Of a stretch of 51,961 bases of DNA, positions 10,365-20,918 are shown one piece after another; the first letter of the stretch is position 1, and each line of letters opens with the position of its first letter. The DNA comes from Muribaculaceae bacterium (GTDB lineage Bacteria; Bacteroidota; Bacteroidia; Bacteroidales; Muribaculaceae), in NCBI GenBank assembly GCA_036308365.1, contig JAXJVW010000113.1:1-51961 (forward strand). Direction: 5' to 3'. The notes under the pieces are model-generated. The model had not been told where the DNA came from. It ran no database searches and saw only the letters and a program-made list of their open reading frames with translations. A program made the position numbers and the translations under genes.

Positions 10365-10643
10365 ATGAACGAAATTTTTCTGAAAAATATCAATGAAATG
10401 ATTCTGAGCGGCGAGTTCATCAAGGCCATAGCCACGCTTGATGAAACCATCGCCGTTACTCCCGACGATGACACCCTCTATGAAATCCGCGGGCGCATCC
10501 ACTGGCGCATCGGAAACCACACGATGGCCATGAGCGACTATTCAAAAGCGGTGGCACTCAACGAAAAGTCACCGGCCCGCCACCTGCTTGAGATGGCGCA
10601 GTCGGTGACCGATTTCTTTAATCCCGACCTGCTCAATCCTTAG
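10365..10643 (+). CDS. Small TPR-like protein (92 aa)
   Basis: The pattern DDDTLYEIRGRIHWRIGNHTMAMSDYSKAVALN resembles a TPR helix pair. A promoter box lies directly upstream. The 3' end overlaps the convergent mscS-family gene by 11 nt. Confidence 0.6.
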   Translation: MNEIFLKNINEMILSGEFIKAIATLDETIAVTPDDDTLYEIRGRIHWRIGNHTMAMSDYSKAVALNEKSPARHLLEMAQSVTDFFNPDLLNP

Positions 10644-11946
10644 ACACTGCAACCGCTTCGGATGTTTCGGGAACGGCGGCGCTGTGGTCAGGAGCCGCAT
10701 AGAGTTTCAACCCGAAGGTCGGAGCCATAGCTGACACATGCTCAATGATGGCACTCTGAACAGCCTCGTAGATTGTCCAGTCGGTGGTGTTGGTGTAGCA
10801 ATACACCTCCAGTGTCGTACCCCAGGCCTCCGACGGACGGAGCCTTACCAGAATCTGGCTGTCCTGTGCTATTTTATCGTTGTTCAACAGCCACTGACAC
10901 AGATAGGCCCTGAACAGACCCATGTTTGTAGCTATGGTGCCGTTGACCACGGCCAAACCTGAGTTATAGCTCAATCCGTCCTCACCTGCAGGTAGCTGAC
11001 GCATCTTAGCCACATAATCCTTGATGATAGGGCAAGCGGCGACGATGCGGTCGATGTCACTGTCGCTAATCGCACCAATATATGAATTGTCGAAATACAT
11101 GTCGCGGACAATCTGTCGGCGTCCGGTTTCCGACATGCCGCGCCAGTTCTGGAACGATGTCGACACGAGAGTATAAGGCGGCACCATAACCAGGGTATTG
11201 TCCCAGTTGCGAACCTTAACCACCGTCAGACTGACATCCTCAACCGTGCCGTTGGCATCAGTTCCCTGAACCACAATCCAGTCGCCAACACGCAGCATGT
11301 CATTCTGCGACAACTGAATCCCGGCCACGAATCCGAGTATACTGTCCTTGAAAATCAACATCAAGGCAGCCGCGAACGCACCCAGACCTGCCAACAGCGT
11401 GGCCGGTGACTTGTCTATCAACACCGACACCGACACGATTGCTATCACACCCCACACCAATCCGTGAGCCGTGATCAACAAGCCCCTCAGCGGATGTCCT
11501 TCCGCATTCTTGCGACGGTTGTAGTTGACATAAACAAACGACACTATTCCGTTGATGGCGACAGCCAGTGTTATAAGCAGATAAACCACAACTATACGCT
11601 CAATCAAACCGATTGTGCCGGGGTCGCTCTCGAATGCTAAAGGCACGAGCGCCAGCATCACCAACGGAGGTATGATGTGAGAACACTTCGAAAAAAGATT
11701 CTGATGGAGCATGTCGTCCATGACGGCCGTATGGCGCAATGAAGCGATCTTACGCACCACGGCAAGAACAAACCTACGCAACACGTAGCCTACGAATATG
11801 GCCAACAGGGTGATTATCACCAGATAAATAGCTGATTCCAACGTGTCATGACCTCTAAGTCCAATCAGGTCTAACAGCCGGTCAATCAAATCCAAAAGCC
11901 ACACACCAATTTTGTGGGTGGGAATAATACTGCTATTGATTATCAT
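10633..11946 (-). CDS. Mechanosensitive ion channel family protein (MscS-like)
   Basis: Multiple N-terminal TM helices, then an MscS beta-domain signature: GDWIVVQGTDANGTVEDVSLTVVKVRNWDNTLVMVPPYTLVSTSFQNW. Confidence 0.9.
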   Translation of the reverse strand: MIINSSIIPTHKIGVWLLDLIDRLLDLIGLRGHDTLESAIYLVIITLLAIFVGYVLRRFVLAVVRKIASLRHTAVMDDMLHQNLFSKCSHIIPPLVMLALVPLAFESDPGTIGLIERIVVVYLLITLAVAINGIVSFVYVNYNRRKNAEGHPLRGLLITAHGLVWGVIAIVSVSVLIDKSPATLLAGLGAFAAALMLIFKDSILGFVAGIQLSQNDMLRVGDWIVVQGTDANGTVEDVSLTVVKVRNWDNTLVMVPPYTLVSTSFQNWRGMSETGRRQIVRDMYFDNSYIGAISDSDIDRIVAACPIIKDYVAKMRQLPAGEDGLSYNSGLAVVNGTIATNMGLFRAYLCQWLLNNDKIAQDSQILVRLRPSEAWGTTLEVYCYTNTTDWTIYEAVQSAIIEHVSAMAPTFGLKLYAAPDHSAAVPETSEAVAVSKD

Positions 11947-12120
11947 AATATAAATAGTTTTATTCTCTGAACACTCCCAACACGGCTTATGTTCACCGGA
12001 TAACGCTCAATCCAAGCCGCCTTGCAGTCCAACAAGCTGATAATCAACAAGGTAATGACGCAAGAATGATTTTAACCAAATTTACTCTAAAAAACGCTTT
12101 GAATTAACAAAAAAAAACAG

Positions 12121-12128
12121 TAACTTTG
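12121..12128 (+). promoter_or_regulatory. -7 promoter box (taactttg)
   Basis: Exact TAnnTTTG match about 114 nt upstream of the ATG at 12242. Confidence 0.45.
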
Positions 12129-12241
12129 CCACCGTTTTTCTTACACACATCACCTATAACCTTATTCAGTTATATCTGATGCCGATTTGATTATTACATT
12201 TTTTATATCACATACTTACTTAAAAACAATACCTATTTCTT

Positions 12242-13432
12242 ATGAAGAAATTCTACCTTCTGATGTTGGCCGCTTTCGCCTGCATCGCAGCCAATGCTGC
12301 CACAGTCTATTTTGAAAACACCGGAAACTGGGCCGAAGTCTACGCCTACACCTTCGGTAATGGAGACGCCAATGCCGGATGGCCCGGAGTAGCTGTAACT
12401 GAAACTGTCAAAGTATCCTCTACAAATGGCGAAATGACCCTCTACAAGTACGAAACCAACAACAAAAACATCATTTTCAACAATAACAACAAAGGCATAC
12501 AGACAAAAGACCTTCAGGCAACTGACGGAGCTGTTTACACTGCCGACAACGCAAACTCAATCGATCCAATCGGCTCGGTGAAAGATGGCGTGTTCACCCC
12601 CGCCGGCAAAGTGGAAATCACCTACGCCACCATCTATGTCCCCGTTTCTGAATATGACTTGGATAAATGCTACATCTACGCATGGAACCCCCAGATTTTC
12701 AATGGATGGCCCGGTTCTGAGATGACTAAAGTGACCGAGGATGGAGTTGACCTCTGGTCTCTTAAAGTTGACAACCGTTTACTCACCACAGTTGGAGGAT
12801 GGAAACTGACCAACAATTCCGGCAACGAAACCGGTGATTTCCCCGGCGTGACTTTCCAGGACAACTATGTTTACAAATCAAACGGCAAATCAATGACGCT
12901 CGCCGACTACATCCAAGAAGTTAACAACGGCGGTGGCGACGATCCCGTTGTTGACTCAGAATGGTACGTTAGCCTCGACTACAACGGCGCAGGCTGGAAC
13001 CTCAACTTCCCCATGGGTAAAGAAGAAGACGGCTCATTCCGCGCTCACTTCGGCGAAACCACAGCTGACGCAAACTACATCACCATCCACACCGGTAAAA
13101 TGAATAACTGGACTGTAAGCAATGGCGTCCGCTACGGATCAGGCAACGCCGACGTTCCTGTTGATGAAACCTCAACACTCCACATGGAAGCAGGCAGCGA
13201 GAAATGCTGGATCCTCGGCCCGAGCGCTGAAGGTTGGACAATCAAAGTTGATCCCAAAAACCTCATGATCTCTTTCGACAAAGGCGCCACCACAGGTGTT
13301 GAAGGTGTTGAAGCCGACAACAACGAAGCCGTTGAATACTTCAACCTCCAGGGCGTTCGCGTTGAAAATCCTGCAAACGGTCTCTTCATCCGTCGTCAGG
13401 GCAACAAAGTGACTAAAGTGCTCGTGAAATAA
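12242..13432 (+). CDS. Secreted T9SS cargo protein with two starch-binding-module-like (CBM25/26-like) repeats and a C-terminal sorting domain
   Basis: Signal peptide MKKFYLLMLAAFACIAANA. Two repeats share the pattern vY.Y.W/F...GWPG..MT/VT (VYAYTFGNGDANAGWPGVAVTE and CYIYAWNPQIFNGWPGSEMTK). The C-terminus VEYFNLQGVRVENPANGLFIRRQGNKVTKVLVK is typical of a type A T9SS CTD. Confidence 0.8.
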   Translation: MKKFYLLMLAAFACIAANAATVYFENTGNWAEVYAYTFGNGDANAGWPGVAVTETVKVSSTNGEMTLYKYETNNKNIIFNNNNKGIQTKDLQATDGAVYTADNANSIDPIGSVKDGVFTPAGKVEITYATIYVPVSEYDLDKCYIYAWNPQIFNGWPGSEMTKVTEDGVDLWSLKVDNRLLTTVGGWKLTNNSGNETGDFPGVTFQDNYVYKSNGKSMTLADYIQEVNNGGGDDPVVDSEWYVSLDYNGAGWNLNFPMGKEEDGSFRAHFGETTADANYITIHTGKMNNWTVSNGVRYGSGNADVPVDETSTLHMEAGSEKCWILGPSAEGWTIKVDPKNLMISFDKGATTGVEGVEADNNEAVEYFNLQGVRVENPANGLFIRRQGNKVTKVLVK

Positions 13433-13451
13433 GCATAACAAAACCCCATCA

Positions 13452-13489
13452 ACAAAAGGTCGTGGCACGTCGGTGGCGCGGCCTTTTGT
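13452..13489 (+). terminator. Stem-loop after the T9SS cargo gene (acaaaaggtcgt / gcggccttttgt)
   Basis: 12-bp stem including two G-U pairs, with a U-rich 3' arm. It begins 20 nt after the stop codon. Confidence 0.55.
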
Positions 13490-13574
13490 CGTATATCGCA
13501 GCCATCGGCGCCTCTTTAAATTCACATAACCGCATTTTTCGCTTCGGCACGGTGCAACTCTCATCTTTTTTTAC

Positions 13575-13582
13575 TAACTTTG
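13575..13582 (+). promoter_or_regulatory. -7 promoter box (taactttg) upstream of prmA
   Basis: Exact TAnnTTTG match. It implies a 5' leader of about 150 nt before the ATG at 13739. Confidence 0.45.
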
Positions 13583-13738
13583 GCATGTAAAAAAACAAAA
13601 GCCACGGGCTATCGCGTGGGAACGCTATTCAAATCCCCGGTCCATGCCACCGCCCCGTCATCATGCCATAGCATCGGACGGGGACAGCGTCAGGCCACCC
13701 GCGGCAAAATGAACAGACAACAAAACAGTCACATAATT

Positions 13739-14587
13739 ATGAACGATTACAGAGAACTGCGCGTCACCCCACAACCCTGCAATGAAATCATCACCGACAT
13801 CCTCGCCGACTCACTGTGCGGCATAGGCTACGAATCATTCGTTCCCGACAGCGAAGGTGTCACAGCATATATCAAGGATGAGGACTTCTCGGAAGAGAAC
13901 CTCAACGACATCCTGACCATGTTCCCCCTACCCGATGTGACATTCACATTCACCGAAACCAAGGTTGAGGGTCGCGACTGGAACAAAGAATGGGAGAAAA
14001 ACTACTTCCAGCCTATTGTGGTGGATGACAAATGTGTCATACACTCATCGTTCCACCACGATTTCCCCGCTTGTGACTACGACATTGTCATAGACCCCAA
14101 AATGGCTTTCGGAACCGGACACCATTCCACAACCTCGCTGATAATCAAACAGCTGTTGCGCCTCGACTTGAACAACATTGCCGTAACCGACATGGGCACC
14201 GGCACCGGAATCCTGGCAATTCTGGCCGCCATGCGCGGTGCATCACCCGTGACCGCAATCGAAATCGACCCCATGGCGCAGGTCAACGCCGTGGAAAACG
14301 TGGCCCTGAACAACCATTCGGAAATCAACGTGCTGTTAGGCGACGCATCGTTGCTCAACTCCGTCCCCAAGGCCGACCTGTTCCTGGCCAACATCAACCG
14401 AAACATAATCATGGGCGACCTCCACAGATATGTCGAAGCCATGAATCCCGGGGCCACACTGCTCCTGAGCGGGTTCTACACCGAGGATGTGGATGTGATC
14501 ATGCCGCTGGCCCAGTCGCTCGGACTAACCAAAATCGATGTGACATCCGATAAGAACTGGGCATGCCTGCGCCTCCAACTGTCATGA
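13739..14587 (+). CDS. prmA: Ribosomal protein L11 methyltransferase PrmA
   Basis: PrmA-like N-terminus MNDYRELRVTPQPCNEIITDILADSLCGIGYESFV. SAM-binding region is FGTGHHSTTSL...VTDMGTGTGILAILAAMRGA. The upstream 53 aa of the listed ORF are not PrmA-like. Confidence 0.92.
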   Translation: MNDYRELRVTPQPCNEIITDILADSLCGIGYESFVPDSEGVTAYIKDEDFSEENLNDILTMFPLPDVTFTFTETKVEGRDWNKEWEKNYFQPIVVDDKCVIHSSFHHDFPACDYDIVIDPKMAFGTGHHSTTSLIIKQLLRLDLNNIAVTDMGTGTGILAILAAMRGASPVTAIEIDPMAQVNAVENVALNNHSEINVLLGDASLLNSVPKADLFLANINRNIIMGDLHRYVEAMNPGATLLLSGFYTEDVDVIMPLAQSLGLTKIDVTSDKNWACLRLQLS

Positions 14588-15129
14588 AACATCTGCTCGC
14601 CTCCATTATCCTGGCCCTTTCATGCATCATGACGGCCATGGCACAGTCACCAATGGTGACACCACAGTCGGGCTCGGGACATTTCGCATGGGGAGCCGAT
14701 CTCGGCAGTTCCATCGACCTGACCGGCAACGCCATGACCAACATCAACATATGCGCCAACCTGGGCTACCGCAACAACTGGTTCCGACTGCTCGGCATAG
14801 GCGGATCTATCGACATCATGATGAGCAACGCCTCACGATCCATCCCCGTTTACGCCATTGCACAGACATCGTTCAGCTCACGCCCCAGGCTCTGTTTCAT
14901 GGACCTCCGTGCCGGCATATCAATGAACAACATCGAGAACCAGAACACCCAGACCGGCGCTTACGGTTCGCTCGGATTAGGTGTCACCCTGGCCCACAGC
15001 CGAAAGTTCGCATCACATCTCATTCTGGCCTACTCTTTCATTCAACGCAAGGACTACAGCACCGAGGAAGGGATGACCACTCTGGATGACCTCCACATGG
15101 CCTCGCTAAGAATAGGTGTAACTTTCTGA
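14584..15129 (+). CDS. Small outer-membrane beta-barrel protein
   Basis: Signal peptide MKHLLASIILALSCIMTAMAQ. Alternating amphipathic beta-strand pattern with a terminal aromatic residue (RIGVTF). ATGA start/stop overlap with prmA. Confidence 0.7.
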   Translation: MKHLLASIILALSCIMTAMAQSPMVTPQSGSGHFAWGADLGSSIDLTGNAMTNINICANLGYRNNWFRLLGIGGSIDIMMSNASRSIPVYAIAQTSFSSRPRLCFMDLRAGISMNNIENQNTQTGAYGSLGLGVTLAHSRKFASHLILAYSFIQRKDYSTEEGMTTLDDLHMASLRIGVTF

Positions 15130-15167
15130 CACCACAATATTTCACCCACTTTCAACGTTACATAATC

Positions 15168-17141
15168 ATGAAACGTTTCCTTTTACACCTACTCGTAATC
15201 GCCACCGCGGCAATCATTGTCACGGCCTGCGGAGGTCCAAAACTGGCCACCGCCAATGAGCAGTATGACCGTGGAGAATACTTCGACGCTCAGAAAACAT
15301 ATCGGAAAATCTACAACAAACTGACCAAAAAGGAGGAACGCCCGTTGCGTGGCGAAGTAGCCTTCCGCATGGGTCTTTGCTACGACAAACTGAGCCAGAG
15401 CGCACGCGCAACCGCCGCCTTCCAGAATGCCATGCGCTTCGGCTACCCCGACTCAACAGCCCTGCTGTTGCTCGGTAAAAACCTTCAGGCAGAAGGGAAA
15501 TACACCCAGGCAATAAAAGCCTATGAGGATTACCTGGCCAAAGTGCCCGGAAACCATTTTGCCGAAACAGGTGTGATAGGATGCAAGCAGGCGATGGCCT
15601 CAAAAGGTAGACCCACGCGCTACGTGGTCCGTCAGTCGAAGCTGTTCAACTCCCGACGGTCAGACTTCGCCCCGATGTTTCTCGACAAAAGTTTCGACCG
15701 ACTTTATTTCACTACCACCAACGAAAAAGCAACCGGAACAAAACGGAGCGAAATCACCGGAATGAAAAAAGGTGACATATGGGTGGCCAAAAAGAATGAG
15801 CAGGGACAATGGCAACGACCCGAACCAGCCGAAGGTGAACTCAACACCGAACTCGACGAAGGCATTGTGTCATTCACCCCCGACGGCAACACAATGTATC
15901 TGACCAAAGCCCGAAGAGAACTCAATGCCAACACAGCGACCGAAATTTTCACCTCGCAGCGGTCCGATGCCAAATGGAGCGCTCCCGTGAAATATGAAAT
16001 CACCGCCGACACCCTCTCGAGCTACGGCCATCCGGCCGTGTCGCCCGATGGCAACTGGCTCTACTTCTCATCTGACATGCCCGGCGGTTCAGGTGGCAAA
16101 GACATTTGGCGCGTCAACCTCAAAGACCGTCAGGGATCACTCGAAAACTTAGGGGGATTCATCAACACCGACGGAGACGAAATGTTCCCCTACATGCGAA
16201 CCGACTCCATCCTTTACTTCGCATCGAACGGTCACCCCGGATTCGGCGGGCTCGACCTGTTCAAAGCCACACTGACCAAATCGGGCGGATGGAAAGTGGA
16301 GAACATGGGACAGCCCATCAACTCCGCCGGCGATGACTTCGGAATCACTTTCGGCGAAGGTGAGAGCGGATTCTTCTCATCAAACCGCAACGACGGCCGC
16401 GGATGCGACCACATATATTCCTTCGAACTCCCCGACCTGAAGATAATGATCTCAGGATGGGTTCTGGACAAAGATGAAGAACCTGTGCCGGGAGCCGTGA
16501 TACGCATCGTGGGCAACGACGGCAGCAACCAGAAAGAGGTGGCCCGCGACGACGGATCGTTCCGTTTCCCGCTGCAACGAGGTGTGAGCTACGTGATGCT
16601 CGCCGGTGCCAAAGGCTATCTCAACGCCAAGCAGGAATTCACCGCCGACAACGCCGAGGAAGACGCCGAATATGGGGTGGATTTCATATTAGCATCAATC
16701 AACAAGCCGGTGGTGATCGACAACATTTTCTATGACTACGACAAAGCCACCCTGCGTCCCGAATCAAAAACCGCTCTCGACGAAATGGCACAGGTGATGC
16801 GCGACAATCCCCACATCACCATCGAGATGGCTTCGCACACCGACCGCCACGGTGGCGAACAATACAACATTAACCTTTCGCAACGCCGCGCGCAGTCGGT
16901 CATTGACTATCTGATAAGCGTTGGAATAGCCGCCGACCGTCTGCAGGCTCAAGGCTACGGCAAAGCACGCCCGAAAACAATCACCAAGAAACTGGCACGC
17001 GAATATCCGCAATTCACCGAAGGGACAGCCCTGACCGAGGATTTCATCAACACCCTCTCACCCGAAGACCGCGACGTGGCCGACCAGATTAACCGCCGTA
17101 CTGAATTCCAGGTGCTCTCCATAAACTATCAGATGTATTGA
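15168..17141 (+). CDS. OmpA-family lipoprotein (TPR + TolB-like beta-propeller repeats + CarboxypepD_reg-like domain + OmpA_C)
   Basis: Lipobox IVTAC. PD40-like repeats (SPDGNWLYFSSD, ILYFASNGHPGFGGLDLF). OmpA C-terminal peptidoglycan-binding motif (SHTDRHGGEQYNINLSQRRAQSVIDYL). Confidence 0.9.
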   Translation: MKRFLLHLLVIATAAIIVTACGGPKLATANEQYDRGEYFDAQKTYRKIYNKLTKKEERPLRGEVAFRMGLCYDKLSQSARATAAFQNAMRFGYPDSTALLLLGKNLQAEGKYTQAIKAYEDYLAKVPGNHFAETGVIGCKQAMASKGRPTRYVVRQSKLFNSRRSDFAPMFLDKSFDRLYFTTTNEKATGTKRSEITGMKKGDIWVAKKNEQGQWQRPEPAEGELNTELDEGIVSFTPDGNTMYLTKARRELNANTATEIFTSQRSDAKWSAPVKYEITADTLSSYGHPAVSPDGNWLYFSSDMPGGSGGKDIWRVNLKDRQGSLENLGGFINTDGDEMFPYMRTDSILYFASNGHPGFGGLDLFKATLTKSGGWKVENMGQPINSAGDDFGITFGEGESGFFSSNRNDGRGCDHIYSFELPDLKIMISGWVLDKDEEPVPGAVIRIVGNDGSNQKEVARDDGSFRFPLQRGVSYVMLAGAKGYLNAKQEFTADNAEEDAEYGVDFILASINKPVVIDNIFYDYDKATLRPESKTALDEMAQVMRDNPHITIEMASHTDRHGGEQYNINLSQRRAQSVIDYLISVGIAADRLQAQGYGKARPKTITKKLAREYPQFTEGTALTEDFINTLSPEDRDVADQINRRTEFQVLSINYQMY

Positions 17142-17974
17142 TGAAGTTCCGCACGGAAATAGAACCGGGGAAATCAGCCCCCATAAGCCACGATGACACC
17201 CTGCTCATGCTGGGCAGCTGCTTCACGACCAACATCGGCGAGCAGTTGCTCATCGACGGCTTCAATGCGGTGGTCAACCCAACAGGCGTGCTCTATAACC
17301 CCGCCTCCATCGCCGCAATGCTGAACCGGGCTATGAAACGTAGCCACTACACCCCTGACGATCTATTCCTCGACAACGACGGCACATTCCATGCCCTGGA
17401 CTTCCCTAACAACCGTCGTTCAACCGACGCCCCCACCCTGCTCCGGACCATCAACGAGGAACTCGACACCCTGTCGCAGGCATTGGAACGATGCACCACG
17501 CTGATAATAACATTCGGCACGGCCCACATTTTTGAACGCGCCGACAATGCACAGGTGGTGGGCAACTGCCACAAACTGCCCGCGGCCATGTTCAACCGCC
17601 GGCGAATGAGTGTTGACGAAATTGTGGAGCTATGGTCACCCATGACCAACAGCTGCAGAGTGATCTTCACCGTAAGCCCCATCAGGCATCTGGCCGACGG
17701 GCTGCATGGCAACACTCTGAGCAAGGCCACGCTGCTGTTAGCCACCGACACACTGTGTGGCCTGGGCGCCGAATATTTCCCGTCATACGAAATAATGATG
17801 GACGACCTCCGTGACTACCGTTTCTACGCCCCTGACATGAAACATCCCTCGGAAGTCGCCGTCAAATATATCTACGAATCATTCCGTTCACGCTACTTCA
17901 GCCCGTCGACTGAAAAAATAGCCGAGGAGAACAGAAAAAATCACATCCACTCACAACATCGACCGCTATTATGA
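17141..17974 (+). CDS. GSCFA domain protein (uncharacterised family)
   Basis: Contains the family-naming motif (MLGSCFTTNIG). The ATG at 17141 shares its A with the upstream TGA (TGATG). Confidence 0.85.
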   Translation: MKFRTEIEPGKSAPISHDDTLLMLGSCFTTNIGEQLLIDGFNAVVNPTGVLYNPASIAAMLNRAMKRSHYTPDDLFLDNDGTFHALDFPNNRRSTDAPTLLRTINEELDTLSQALERCTTLIITFGTAHIFERADNAQVVGNCHKLPAAMFNRRRMSVDEIVELWSPMTNSCRVIFTVSPIRHLADGLHGNTLSKATLLLATDTLCGLGAEYFPSYEIMMDDLRDYRFYAPDMKHPSEVAVKYIYESFRSRYFSPSTEKIAEENRKNHIHSQHRPLL

Positions 17975-20346
17975 AACTCAACAGTAAAGACCTTGCACAG
18001 GACTTGGGAGCCGACATCACACTCCGGTCACCTGAAACTGAGGAAGTTTCCACTCCACTCACCGACAGCCGTTCGCTGCTCTACCCTTCAACATCCATTT
18101 TTTTCGCACTCAAAACCGACACCAACGACGGCAGCCGCTACCTGATGGACCTCTACCACCGGGGTGTACGCAATTTCGTGGTCAACAAATCGGCCGCCGG
18201 ACATCTGGCGCATCTCGACGTAAACATCATCACACCCTCCTCAGGCGATACCATGGACCTGCTGCGCCAATCAGCCGCCATTATCCGTGAATCAGTGAGC
18301 TGTCCTATTGTCGGCATCACCGGAAGCTGCGGAAAAACAGTGTTCAAGGAAATGCTCGCACAGGCAACCGCCGAGGGTAACATAATAGCAAAATCACCCC
18401 GCAGCTGGAACTCCCAGATAGGTGTGCCGCTGTCGGTGTGGCGGCTTTCGCATGACACCACATTGGGTATATTCGAAGCCGGCATATCACGCCCCGGCGA
18501 AATGGAGAAACTGCAACGGGTGATCCGCCCAGACATAGGCGTGTTCACCTCCCTGACCGACGAGCATAGCTCAGGTTTCGCATCGCTCGAAGAAAAAGCC
18601 GAAGAAAAAGCCCGTCTGTTCAGTGAATGCCGGGCGGTGATTTATCCGTCGCCCACCCTCTCGCCTAACAACATAATCATTGAAAAAGCACTGCGACTGG
18701 CCGCTCCCGAAGCCCGCCTGATCCCTGTTGAAGGGGGTGACACACGCGATCTCGTGGCAGCCACCATGGCCGAACTCGGCTATGACAGTCAGGCGATTGA
18801 ATCACGCACGGTCAATCTCACCGCCACCAACACCCGCATCGACATCAACGAAGGGGTGGAGAACACAATCATCGCCTACGACCAATACTCCGACACCCTT
18901 GAAGGTGTTGAAACAGCGCTCGACATTGTGTCGCGCCGAAGCGGAGGCAACCGCCCCGTGACCCTCGTGACCGGCAACCTGCGCATAGAATCGGGCGACC
19001 GCGACAAAGAATACGCCCGGCTCGAAACGATGCTCACGGCTTCAGGCGTCAGCACCCTGATTATGGTGGGCGATGAGATCGACAACATATCGTTCCGCAC
19101 AATCGACTGCCATCATGTGCCCGACGTTGCGACCTTCAACAACAGATTCAAACTCAGCGATCTGCACGACTCCGCCATAATAATAAAAGGTGGTGGCAAC
19201 CCGGAATTCGCACGAATAAAGGAGGCACTGGAGTTCACGCGCCACAGCACTTATCTGGAGGTGAATCTGGATAATCTCATCCACAACTTCAACTACTACC
19301 GCTCACTGGTCAAACCTGAAACCGCCCTCTGCGCGATGGTCAAGGCCGACGCCTACGGTGCCGGAGCCGTGGAAGTGGCCTCGGCGCTGCAAGGGAAAGC
19401 CGACTATCTGGCCGTGGCCGTGGCCGATGAAGGCATCCAGCTTCGCAACGCCGGAATCTCAACGCCGGTGATAATTCTCAACCCCATCAGCAGCAACTAC
19501 CGCGAGATTTTCGAAAAACACCTCGAGCCAACGGTTTTCGACATCCGCGAACTCTCCATACTGCTCGACCATCTCCCCGAAAACACCCGCGACTACCCCA
19601 TCCACATAAAACTCGACACCGGAATGCACCGCTTCGGATTCACCGAAGAGCAGCTTCAGGAATTGGTTGACCGCCTGAACGAGATGCCACAATTCAAAGT
19701 GGCAAGCATATTCTCGCATCTGGCGGTGGCCGACTGCATCGACCAGGATGAGTACACCCTCCATCAGTTGCGCCTTTTCGACCGCATGAGCGACTATCTG
19801 ATGCAGCGTCTCCCCTACAAAGTGCGCCGACACATTCTCAACACCGCCGGCATGATGCGCTTTCCCGCCTTTCAATACGACATGGTTCGCCTCGGCATAG
19901 GCCTCTACGGCATTGAACCGTCACAGGAAATGGCCTGCGGAGCGCTAAAACCGGTGTCGGCCCTGCGAACCCGCATCAGTTCCGTCCGGGCCCTGACAAA
20001 AGGCGAAACCGTGGGCTACGGCCGTAAAGGAGTAATAACCCAGCCATCCGTGATAGCCACGCTGCCAATAGGCTACGCCGACGGCATCGACCGCAGGTTA
20101 GGCTGCGGACAAGCCCTTTTCTATGTCGACAATGTGCCATGCCCAACCGTCGGAGTGATATGCATGGACCTGTGCATGATCGACATCTCAGGGCTGAAAA
20201 ATCCAATGGAAGCCGCCGGATCGCCTGTTGAGATCTTCGGCAAGCTTTGCCCGGTAACAAACATATCCAACCGTCTCGACACAATTCCCTACGAAATATT
20301 AGTATCAATCTCACCTCGTGTCAAACGTCTTTATTACCGCGAATAA
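17971..20346 (+). CDS. Bifunctional UDP-MurNAc-tripeptide:D-Ala-D-Ala ligase (MurF) / alanine racemase (Alr)
   Basis: N-terminal Mur ligase P-loop ([16 protein letters not shown]). The C-terminal alanine racemase half carries the PLP lysine context ([12 protein letters not shown]) and [17 protein letters not shown] overlap with the GSCFA gene. Confidence 0.93.
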   Translation: MKLNSKDLAQDLGADITLRSPETEEVSTPLTDSRSLLYPSTSIFFALKTDTNDGSRYLMDLYHRGVRNFVVNKSAAGHLAHLDVNIITPSSGDTMDLLRQSAAIIRESVSCPIVGITGSCGKTVFKEMLAQATAEGNIIAKSPRSWNSQIGVPLSVWRLSHDTTLGIFEAGISRPGEMEKLQRVIRPDIGVFTSLTDEHSSGFASLEEKAEEKARLFSECRAVIYPSPTLSPNNIIIEKALRLAAPEARLIPVEGGDTRDLVAATMAELGYDSQAIESRTVNLTATNTRIDINEGVENTIIAYDQYSDTLEGVETALDIVSRRSGGNRPVTLVTGNLRIESGDRDKEYARLETMLTASGVSTLIMVGDEIDNISFRTIDCHHVPDVATFNNRFKLSDLHDSAIIIKGGGNPEFARIKEALEFTRHSTYLEVNLDNLIHNFNYYRSLVKPETALCAMVKADAYGAGAVEVASALQGKADYLAVAVADEGIQLRNAGISTPVIILNPISSNYREIFEKHLEPTVFDIRELSILLDHLPENTRDYPIHIKLDTGMHRFGFTEEQLQELVDRLNEMPQFKVASIFSHLAVADCIDQDEYTLHQLRLFDRMSDYLMQRLPYKVRRHILNTAGMMRFPAFQYDMVRLGIGLYGIEPSQEMACGALKPVSALRTRISSVRALTKGETVGYGRKGVITQPSVIATLPIGYADGIDRRLGCGQALFYVDNVPCPTVGVICMDLCMIDISGLKNPMEAAGSPVEIFGKLCPVTNISNRLDTIPYEILVSISPRVKRLYYRE

Positions 20347-20918
20347 TGGAAAAACTCAAACAACGCATCCTCCAGGACGGACGCGCTCTCAACGGAGGAA
20401 TCCTAAAAGTGGACTCTTTCCTCAATCACCAGCTCGACCCTAATCTGATGATGGAGATAGCCCGGAACTTCGCCATCAGGCTCGACGGCAAACCTATCAA
20501 CAAAATCGTCACCATTGAAGCCAGTGGCATCGCTCCCGCCATAATGCTGGGCTACGTGATGCAGCTGCCGGTGGTCTTCGTCAAGAAAAAAGCACCGAAA
20601 ACAATGGAGAACATGCTTGTCCGCGATGTGAGGTCTTTCACCAAGGACAGGGTGTACACCGTCAGCATTTCGCAGAACTTCCTGACCGAAAAAGACCACA
20701 TTGTTTTCATCGACGACTTCCTGGCCTATGGCAACGCCGCCCGGGGCATCATTGACCTGTGTGCCCAAAGCGGATCAACCATCGAGGCCCTCGGTTTCGT
20801 CATCGAGAAAGGTTTTCAGGGAGGTGGCGACGCACTCCGCGCCGAAGGCTACGACGTGATTTCACTCGCGATAGTTGACTCGCTCGACAACAACGAAATT
20901 AAATTCCGCCAAGAATGA
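20346..20918 (+). CDS. xpt: Xanthine phosphoribosyltransferase
   Basis: [32 protein letters not shown]...[13 protein letters not shown] closely follows the Xpt pattern. PRPP motif is [17 protein letters not shown] overlap with the upstream stop. Confidence 0.93.
   Translation: MEKLKQRILQDGRALNGGILKVDSFLNHQLDPNLMMEIARNFAIRLDGKPINKIVTIEASGIAPAIMLGYVMQLPVVFVKKKAPKTMENMLVRDVRSFTKDRVYTVSISQNFLTEKDHIVFIDDFLAYGNAARGIIDLCAQSGSTIEALGFVIEKGFQGGGDALRAEGYDVISLAIVDSLDNNEIKFRQE

Noticed and set aside
10254-10520. N-terminal extensions in the ORF track: the phosphatase to 10520, prmA from 13580, xpt from 20247, recR from 29919, porQ from 36529, the lipoprotein from 39591, the exonuclease from 39217 and the trmH-family gene from 24379
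   Set aside because: The extensions show no family similarity. They often begin with TTG or GTG, overlap upstream genes or cover promoter boxes. Internal ATGs that give canonical N-termini or signal peptides were preferred.
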